Source of the DNA: a bacterium
Lineage (GTDB): Bacteria > Patescibacteriota > Minisyncoccia > UBA6257 > JAGOQP01
Assembly: GCA_021814695.1 (NCBI GenBank)
Contig: JAKAHY010000002.1
Span: 8,920-72,919 of the forward strand
Direction of reading: 5' to 3'
Length of the DNA stretch: 64,000 bases
Shown here piece by piece: positions 26,041 through 32,149 of this stretch. The translations under genes were made by a program, and so were the position numbers. Under the pieces are notes generated by a model. It was not told the DNA's origin. It made no database searches and worked only from the letters and a program-made list of their open reading frames with translations. How positions within the stretch are numbered: position 1 is the stretch's first letter; each line of letters starts with the position of its first letter.

Positions 26041-26077
26041 AATAATAAGAAAATAAGCCAATTTTGTGTGAATAACC

Positions 26078-26107
26078 AAAAAACCGGACATTAATTCCGG
26101 TTTTTTG
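26078..26107 (+). terminator. Rho-independent terminator after rny
   Basis: AACCGGA-cattaat-TCCGGTT followed by TTTTG. Confidence 0.75.
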
Positions 26108-26258
26108 TTATAAAAAAGTGAGTATTTAAGCGGTTTTTTGCTATTTCACAGGAAATGCACAAAACACCGCATATTTGCTTGTTTTTTTAAAACAGTATCT
26201 GCTACAATTATCTAAAGTAATAAAAGGTCGTTTATTTAGCGCGTAAAATGTGTTTAAT

Positions 26259-26534
26259 ATGAAAAAGCCAGAATTAGTAGAAGCAGTAATGAAAGCGGCT
26301 GGACTCGAAGTGAAAAAGCAAGCGACAGAAGCCGTTGAAGCTGTATTCGATACTATCTCAAAGGTTTTGAGCAAGGGAGAAGAGGTTGCTATTTCGGGAT
26401 TTGGAACTTTTAAAGTCGCCAAGAGAGCGGCTCGCGAAGGAATCAATCCTCGAACCGGAGAAAAAATCCAGATTGCAGCTTCAATCAAGCCCAAGTTCAG
26501 AGCAGCAAAAGCACTTAAGGAAGCTGTCAAATAA
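26259..26534 (+). CDS. HU/IHF-family DNA-binding protein
   Basis: It has MKKPELVEAV...ISGFGTFKV..RAAREGINPRTGEKI. I prefer the start at ATG 26259 to the GTG at 26250. Confidence 0.9.
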   Translation: MKKPELVEAVMKAAGLEVKKQATEAVEAVFDTISKVLSKGEEVAISGFGTFKVAKRAAREGINPRTGEKIQIAASIKPKFRAAKALKEAVK

Positions 26535-26643
26535 TCGTTTCTATAGAAATATAAAAATAACCCTAAGGTGAGGTCTTTGGGGTTATTTTTTATATACAAA
26601 GACAAACAAAAAACCGCTTTCAGCGGCTTTTTAGAAAAGATGT

Positions 26644-27585
26644 TTATTGAAGATATTTTTTAACGTTGACGCTCATATTGATGAATGTATCGTAAGCGTT
26701 CTTTATGTTGTTGTATGCTTCCGAAACGGTGTTTGCGATGTAAGAATCTATATCATCCTGGGTAACTCTAATGGTTGAGGTGTCCGTAAGGGGATACTGA
26801 GCTTCAATTGAGGATATTTTTTGGGAAAGTATTTTTTCCTTAAGTGTAGCCACAAATTCGTCAGTTGAGGTGGTGGTTGTGCTCGTATAAAGATTCAGTA
26901 TTGCCTGGCTTGAATCGTCGTTGAGTGCGTGGGCATTCTTTAGATTTTCGGCCGCTTGATTATAAAGGTTTCTGAGCGCCTGATTTTGGGTCAATTTATT
27001 CGAATAAATTCTATTAACGTCGATTCCTACCTTGGACAATCTGTCATCGGCCACCGAAAGGACGCTATTTATATTAACTGCCGCCAAGACATTGTTGGCT
27101 CTCGCTACGTCTTTGTCTATGTTGTTGGATTTCATCGCCTCAAGAGCTCTGGCAAAGCTTTTCAGATCCGCAGCCGTCATATCCTGATTATCTTGGAGTG
27201 AGGATTGGGTATTGTCGTAGTAGGATGAGTCTTGATTTAAAATGTTCAAAAGGTAATTACGAACGTTATTCCATTCGTCGTTTTTCGGAAGAGTGCTGCT
27301 GGAAAGTTGATTCTGGACATCTGAAAGTTGGGATTGAGCGACATCAATTACATTGGATATGATTTCGCGCCTGAGATCAATTTCCATCTTTTGTTTAGGT
27401 CCCGTGGGGATAGTCATGTCGTCCTGAATCTTGAGAAGCTTGGCTACATCATCTTTAGTCTGGGAAAGCTTTGCGTTTATTGAGTCGTCGGCAAACGCCG
27501 ATTTTGTACCGGCTAAGGTCGTTAAAATTAATACTGTCACGAACAATACGACCAGGACATGTTTTGTTTTATAAAAAATTTTCAT
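26644..27585 (-). CDS. Secreted alpha-helical protein of unknown function; last gene of the sigma-factor operon
   Basis: It has a signal peptide (...TKSAFADD) and long N/Q/S/D-rich helical segments. Its start is 2 nt after the stop of the upstream gene. Confidence 0.6.
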   Translation of the reverse strand: MKIFYKTKHVLVVLFVTVLILTTLAGTKSAFADDSINAKLSQTKDDVAKLLKIQDDMTIPTGPKQKMEIDLRREIISNVIDVAQSQLSDVQNQLSSSTLPKNDEWNNVRNYLLNILNQDSSYYDNTQSSLQDNQDMTAADLKSFARALEAMKSNNIDKDVARANNVLAAVNINSVLSVADDRLSKVGIDVNRIYSNKLTQNQALRNLYNQAAENLKNAHALNDDSSQAILNLYTSTTTTSTDEFVATLKEKILSQKISSIEAQYPLTDTSTIRVTQDDIDSYIANTVSEAYNNIKNAYDTFINMSVNVKKYLQ

Positions 27586-27587
27586 AT

Positions 27588-28133
27588 TTATTTAGTAATT
27601 GAATTTAAAATATCATTCACGTCGCTTGTAGTAGATGACGTCGAATCGGATGGATTTGCCGAATTTATCTTTGTTTGCTCCCCTTTAATCACGGACTCGC
27701 TTAAATGAGCGGGGGTGTTGGCAGCTACCTCTTTAAGGGCTGACGCGCTTTCGCTCGCGTCTTGTTCAAAGCGTTGTATATGTGAAAGTTGAACGTCTAT
27801 TGATGCGTTTATCATATCGGCCTCCGCTACAACTCCGCGCTGGTTTAATCCGGGCAAAAATAGGGGAGAAAGCTGGGAGGTGGCCAAATAAATTATTATA
27901 AATAAGCCGACGGTTGCAGTTGCAACGGCTAATCCGCGCCACACATTTTGGAACAAAGAAGTGAATGAAATCGTTCTCAAATCTGCGGTAGCAGCGGCAA
28001 ATGACGGGCTTTCCTGGATAGTGGGTGTAAATGGAGTAGCCAGAATTATATTTTTGGAACGCTCCGAATACGCCTTATCGGGCGTTATGGTTCTGAATTG
28101 TTCCAATATTTTTATAATTTGATTATGCTTCAT
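27588..28133 (-). CDS. Single-pass membrane protein, candidate anti-sigma factor
   Basis: It overlaps the sigma gene by 11 nt and has a central TM segment (GLAVATATVGLFIIIYLA). The anti-sigma role is inferred from position only. Confidence 0.45.
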   Translation of the reverse strand: MKHNQIIKILEQFRTITPDKAYSERSKNIILATPFTPTIQESPSFAAATADLRTISFTSLFQNVWRGLAVATATVGLFIIIYLATSQLSPLFLPGLNQRGVVAEADMINASIDVQLSHIQRFEQDASESASALKEVAANTPAHLSESVIKGEQTKINSANPSDSTSSTTSDVNDILNSITK

Positions 28134-28683
28134 ATTTTTCCAGTTCCTTTTTCAGTTGCCGGAGCGCCCTGAATTGCAGCACGCGTACGGCGCCATGGTT
28201 TTTTCCGGTGATTTTAGCTATTTCTTTGGGAGATAGTCCTTCTACGAACCTCATAAGTATAATTTCCTGATAATCCGATGGTAGTCGCTTGATTGTTTTG
28301 TAAACCGTTTCCACCTCTAATTTATTGGAGAGCATTTCCTCGCTGCTTTTTGTGGTCAGTGACAAAACTTCATCGGGGATATCATCAATGTTGGTTATTT
28401 GTTTTTTTGTCCTATAAAAATCAATGACCTTATTTCTGGCAATTTTATATAACCAACTTGCCATAGGAAGGCCCTGATCCTGAAACATCTCAATGTTCTG
28501 CCAAGCACTTAAAAATACCTGATGGGTGAGGTCCTCAGCTTCCTCACGCTGGCTTACTTTTAGGAATATAAACCGAAATAGTTTCGGTTGATATTTGTCG
28601 TAAAGCAAGCCAAAAGCCGAGGCCTCACCCCGGATAGCGCGCTCTAGTAAGTCTCTTTCGTTGTCTATGCGCTCATCTTTCAT
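28123..28683 (-). CDS. RNA polymerase sigma-70 family factor (ECF-like, regions 2 and 4)
   Basis: Region 2 is FGLLYDKYQPKLFRFI...EDLTHQVFLSAW. Region 4 is LPSDYQEIILMRFVEGLSPKEIAKITGKNHGAVRVLQFRAL. Confidence 0.88.
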   Translation of the reverse strand: MKDERIDNERDLLERAIRGEASAFGLLYDKYQPKLFRFIFLKVSQREEAEDLTHQVFLSAWQNIEMFQDQGLPMASWLYKIARNKVIDFYRTKKQITNIDDIPDEVLSLTTKSSEEMLSNKLEVETVYKTIKRLPSDYQEIILMRFVEGLSPKEIAKITGKNHGAVRVLQFRALRQLKKELEKYEA

Positions 28684-28846
28684 AATAAACGAATAAGAAT
28701 GCCTTGTGTTTCAGTTGTTTTAGCAGGCATTCTCGTAGTTTTAAGCCCCCTTTTCTGGGGGCATACCACATTATGGCATATATCCTTGAGAAAGGGAAGG
28801 AATATTCAAAGGATGGCTACTTTAGTAACCGAACGGAATAGTAGTA

Positions 28847-28875
28847 TTGACTAATATGTTATATTATGTTAATAT
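28847..28875 (+). promoter_or_regulatory. Sigma-70-type promoter of the second GC-rich minigene
   Basis: TTGACT (28847-28852), a 17-nt spacer, then TAATAT (28870-28875). Confidence 0.55.
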
Positions 28876-28897
28876 TATGGCAGAAAGGAGATTGCCC

Positions 28898-29116
28898 ATG
28901 AACAGCACGAATAAGCGGAGGGGTTGGATCGGCGTGATCGGGGCGGCGGGGTTGGCGGTTCTGTTATACGCCAACACTCTCAATGTTGTGGCTCATATGG
29001 CCAGCGGCCGCGGCTCGTTGGGTTTGGGCATCCCGCTCGCCCTCATATTCGGTGGCGGGACCTACTTCTTCGGGGACATCGCGCTCAAGAAGGCGAGGTA
29101 TCTCGCCAGCCACTAG
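28898..29116 (+). CDS. Small two-TM membrane protein (72 aa) of unknown function; GC-rich and probably foreign
   Basis: AAAGGAG lies 7 nt before ATG 28898. By hand count, 59 of 72 codons end in G/C. It has two hydrophobic segments (WIGVIGAAGLAVLLY, LGLGIPLALIFGGGTYFF). I prefer this ATG to the upstream TTG at 28847. Confidence 0.6.
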   Translation: MNSTNKRRGWIGVIGAAGLAVLLYANTLNVVAHMASGRGSLGLGIPLALIFGGGTYFFGDIALKKARYLASH

Positions 29117-29139
29117 CAGTTCTTTGTTTCGTTCGACGT

Positions 29140-29170
29140 GAACGGTTCTACGGAGCCGTTCCTTTTTTTA
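29140..29170 (+). terminator. Rho-independent terminator
   Basis: GAACGG-ttctacggag-CCGTTC followed by CTTTTTTT. Confidence 0.7.
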
Positions 29171-29233
29171 TCCCACACCTTTTATTTGCAAATAAAAGAT
29201 GCGGGATTTTATAAACCCTGGTAATATGAGGCA

Positions 29234-30157
29234 ATGCTTTTTTCGCGAATAACAAAAAAAGATATTTTGATATTTATCGTCGTTTTCCTGGTTTTGGGCG
29301 CTATTTTTGTTTTACATAAGCCCACATCGTTTATCGGAGATAATTATGCCGTTGTGGAAAATTCGAGCATCCCCAAACTTCAGGTGGCTACCTCATTTCC
29401 ATTGGCGGCTGATTGGATAAATTCCGTCGGCAAAGACCGGGTTCAGGTACAGGTTTTTGCATCACCCACGGATGATGGGCTGATTCAGTGGCTAAAAAAG
29501 CCCTCTTCGGATGCTCCACAGGAGACCAAAGTTTTTGTTTCTATGGGAAATAATTTTGACCAATGGGCCCAAGAACTGTCCGGGGGAGATCCCAAAATAA
29601 AAATTGATGTTATGATTTTGAGTAATTTTGCGTCTCCGGTTAAAACATATCCTACTTTATCGGGTTCTTCTAAGAACGCTGAAAATTCCTCACCTTACTA
29701 TTGGCTTTCACTTGAGAATGTCCGGGAGTCAGTTCAGGGCATTGCCCGGGAATTTGGAAAAGTTGATGCTGCCGATAGGGAATATTTTATAAACAATGCA
29801 TATGAATATTCTGTCAGACTCGATTCGCTGCTGCACGAAACTGTGGATGTTTTGGGAAGTATCAGAAATACCGCAGTGGCACTTGATGGCGCCAGATGGG
29901 CTCCTTTTGTAGACAGTTTGCAGTTGCGGGTTGTCGGGTTGTTTGATTCAAACTCCACAGAAGACATCAAGGCTATTCTTAAAAAAAATAAAATCACCAC
30001 AGTTGTGACCGATAGCGATTCGAACGGCCGATTTTTGGAACCGGCATTATCCGGGACGACCGTATCGGTTGCTGTCATAGATCCCTGGGGACTTAATAGC
30101 AATAACTACGTGGATTTTATGCGCTCTAATATTTCGGAACTGATGAAAGCGCTTTAG
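29234..30157 (+). CDS. ZnuA/TroA-like solute-binding-protein homologue lacking the metal-ligand histidines
   Basis: VATSFPLAADWINSVGKDRVQVQV aligns with IATTIFPVFDIARNIVGDKIQVIQV of the SBP at 43054. SPH and DPHYW of that protein are replaced here by SPTDDG and SPYYW. No ABC partner genes are adjacent. Confidence 0.5.
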   Translation: MLFSRITKKDILIFIVVFLVLGAIFVLHKPTSFIGDNYAVVENSSIPKLQVATSFPLAADWINSVGKDRVQVQVFASPTDDGLIQWLKKPSSDAPQETKVFVSMGNNFDQWAQELSGGDPKIKIDVMILSNFASPVKTYPTLSGSSKNAENSSPYYWLSLENVRESVQGIAREFGKVDAADREYFINNAYEYSVRLDSLLHETVDVLGSIRNTAVALDGARWAPFVDSLQLRVVGLFDSNSTEDIKAILKKNKITTVVTDSDSNGRFLEPALSGTTVSVAVIDPWGLNSNNYVDFMRSNISELMKAL

Positions 30158-30227
30158 TTTTTATAAAAAAGTTTATTAACATGATGGACTTTTTTTAAAA
30201 ATCACGATAACATAAACTCACAAATTT

Positions 30228-30299
30228 GCGGGTATCGTATAGCGGCTATTATACTTCCTTGCCAAGGAAGAGATACGGGTCCGACTCCCGTTACCCGCT
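30228..30299 (+). tRNA. tRNA-Gly (anticodon GCC)
   Basis: The acceptor stem is GCGGGTA/TACCCGC. The anticodon arm is CTTCC-TTGCCAA-GGAAG. The T arm is ACGGG-TCCGACT-CCCGT. CCA is not encoded. The T loop has C at position 55. Confidence 0.9.
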
Positions 30300-30337
30300 C
30301 AAAAACAAAAATTACCCAAACGGGTAATTTTTGTTTT

Positions 30338-30466
30338 GGGTGTTGACGGGGTAGGATGCGGGGTGGTCGAGGGGCTGCAAGCCCCTCGTGTTGGAAATTA
30401 TTCAAAACCGAGGGTTTTGAAGGAGCGAATATAATGAGCGACGTCCGATTTCCCGTTACCCGCTCA
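30338..30466 (+). repeat. tRNA-3'-end-capped structured repeat ('type A' unit), Gly(GCC) copy
   Basis: It reads GGGGTGGT, P1 CGAGGGGCT-gca-AGCCCCTCG, TGTTGGAAA, P3 TTCAAAACC-gag-GGTTTTGAA, then ...GAGCGACGTCCGATTTCCCGTTACCCGCTCA. The last ~20 nt repeat the tRNA-Gly 3' end. Confidence 0.8.
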
Positions 30467-30502
30467 AAAACAAAAAGCACCACAAGGGTGTTTTTTGTTT
30501 TC

Positions 30503-30653
30503 TGTCCGCCCGGAAGGGAGTCTCACGTCGCTCCGACATTGCGTCGGAGCTCCCAAGACACCCTCGGTTTCTTGACGCTCCTCCGGAGCTTTTTCCTACA
30601 CGGGAGATTAAGCATCTCCCGACCCCTCTCTATTCAATTCCTTGTTGACGAAC
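30503..30653 (-). repeat. Type A unit, Lys copy 2
   Basis: On the minus strand it reads GGAATTGAATAGAGAGGGGT, P1 CGGGAGAT-gctta-ATCTCCCG, TGTAGGAAAAAG, CTCC-gga-GGAG, CAAGAAACC-gag-GGTGTCTTG, GCTCCGAC-gcaat-GTCGGAGC, then GACGTGAGACTCCCTTCCGGGCGGACA. Confidence 0.8.
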
Positions 30654-30689
30654 AAAACAAAAAATATTCACAAAGGATATTTCTTATTT

Positions 30690-30827
30690 TGTCCGCCCGG
30701 AAGGGAATCTCACGTCGCTCCGACCTTGCGTCGGAGCTCCTTAAAACCATTCGGTTTTAATATTTCCTCCACGGAAAACCTTCGGTTTCCCGACCCCATC
30801 CGATTTGATTCCTTTACTGACGAATAT
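30690..30827 (-). repeat. Type A unit, Lys copy 1
   Basis: On the minus strand it reads GGAATCAAATCGGATGGGGT, P1 CGGGAAACC-gaa-GGTTTTCCG, TGGAGGAAA, AAAACC-gaat-GGTTTT, GCTCCGAC-gcaag-GTCGGAGC, then GACGTGAGATTCCCTTCCGGGCGGACA. Confidence 0.8.
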
Positions 30828-30865
30828 AAAACAAAAAGCACCACAAGGGTGTTTTTTGTTTTCTG

Positions 30866-30938
30866 TCCGCCCGGAAGGGATCGAACCTTCGACCGTCTCC
30901 TTAAGAGGGAGCTGCTCTACCAGCTGAGCTACGGGCGG
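30866..30938 (-). tRNA. tRNA-Lys (anticodon CTT)
   Basis: The acceptor stem is CCGCCCG/CGGGCGG (C1:G72). The D arm is GCTC-AGCTGGTA-GAGC. The anticodon loop is CTCTTAA. The T arm is GAAGG-TTCGATC-CCTTC. CCA is not encoded. Confidence 0.88.
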
Positions 30939-30978
30939 TACGAAACCATTCTGCCATCAAAAAAATAATTTTGCAATC

Positions 30979-31920
30979 TTATGGCTGAAAAATCGGTTGG
31001 GTTTGTCCATCAATTGAAAGCGTTATGGATTTTATTGTTGGAAATTGAAGGAGTGTTTGTTTTATTTGTGCCACACGCATTGCCATGGAACATGAACCGC
31101 CCCCAGATTCTGTTAGCGAATTAAAATCGGCATGCGCATTGTCGTTGCTGTCTATGGAAAGAGAATTTAAATCAGAACCTGGTGGCAAGGAGCTTGTATA
31201 TCCGGAATCACTTTCGTCTTGAGTTGGCCCGGCAAAAAGCAATTCCAGTGCTGCCGTCGCTATTTTGGGAGTGGTTATTATCTGTCTTTCTACGGGAACA
31301 ACTTCTTTGCAGGTTTTTTCCGGCTTTATTTTATTGTTGGCAAAATAAACCTTGATTGAAACGAATTCCGGCATGGACGATTTGGAAGAGCTTACTTGTA
31401 AAGATTGGATAATTTTTAATGATTCATCAACCGGTTTCTTCAGATGAGCAATGACAAAACCGGGTGTTTGGGCAAAAATTATCCATTCGTCGGTAATATT
31501 TGAATAAGTAGCAACATCATTCGTCTTATAAGAAAAATTATTTAAAGAAGGTAAACAATCCGGACATTGTGACTTATATTGATTTTCCCAAAAATCTTTT
31601 GCCGAAGGGAAACCGGCAGCACCGTTATAGAAAAAAGAAACCGTATTTATCTGATTATTTGAAAGATTTTCTATGGTAACAAGCGATGGCAATGTAACTT
31701 TTGACTTAAGAGAAAATTTATCTTTGGGGTATGAAAATTGGTAAGCGATATTTTGAAAATCGCCTTCATATCCGACAACGTAAGAGTTTGAGAAGGTTGC
31801 CAGTTCCGGAGAAGGAGATGGGGCATTAACGGTTGAAATGGGATTATTTTTTATGAATCCAAAATAAGCGGCTATTGTCGCCAATAAAAATAATAAAATA
31901 AAAATAATTGTTTTCTTCAT
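30979..31920 (-). CDS. Membrane-anchored protein with a C-terminal GerMN-like domain
   Basis: It has an N-terminal TM helix. The C-terminal region ...ALELLFAGPT..E...GYTSSLP.G..L.S..I....A..DF.. is GerMN (germane) domain-like. Confidence 0.6.
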   Translation of the reverse strand: MKKTIIFILLFLLATIAAYFGFIKNNPISTVNAPSPSPELATFSNSYVVGYEGDFQNIAYQFSYPKDKFSLKSKVTLPSLVTIENLSNNQINTVSFFYNGAAGFPSAKDFWENQYKSQCPDCLPSLNNFSYKTNDVATYSNITDEWIIFAQTPGFVIAHLKKPVDESLKIIQSLQVSSSKSSMPEFVSIKVYFANNKIKPEKTCKEVVPVERQIITTPKIATAALELLFAGPTQDESDSGYTSSLPPGSDLNSLSIDSNDNAHADFNSLTESGGGSCSMAMRVAQIKQTLLQFPTIKSITLSIDGQTQPIFQP

Positions 31921-31925
31921 TGTTG

Positions 31926-31997
31926 TGCCCCCGCCAGGATTTGAACCCGGAATTCATGGTTCGAAGCCATGCGTGATATCCATTTCACTACAGGGGC
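31926..31997 (-). tRNA. tRNA-Arg (anticodon TCG)
   Basis: The acceptor stem is GCCCCTG/CGGGGGC. The anticodon arm is CATGG-CTTCGAA-CCATG. The T arm is CCGGG-TTCAAAT-CCTGG. It lies 5 nt upstream of the start of CDS 30979..31920. Confidence 0.88.
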
Positions 31998-32149
31998 AAA
32001 TTTCGGCGGGCAGGGAAGCCAGATATTCTACCTGCCCCGTTAAAATTGCTATGCAATTTTTTCGGGGTCCGTTGAAATAAGGGGGCTTATTTTTTTCAGT
32101 AATTTTACTATGCCAGTATGGTATGATTTAATCAATACCTCTTATTAAT

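Noticed and set aside
26141-26605. 154-aa ORF antisense to the HU gene
   Set aside because: It fully overlaps a well-supported HU CDS on the other strand and its flanking terminators, and it has no signals of its own.
30300-30870. A possible CRISPR-like array (regularly spaced hairpins and repeated segments)
   Set aside because: The repeated parts are ~120-140 nt structured units of differing sequence plus tRNA 3' ends, not short identical direct repeats separated by unique spacers. The copies lie on both strands, and there are no cas genes.
30202-30968. ORFs 30202..30483(-), 30356..30760(+) and 30642..30968(+)
   Set aside because: They are translations of tRNA genes, the type A repeats and terminator hairpins. 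The repeated peptide strings simply mirror the DNA repeats.
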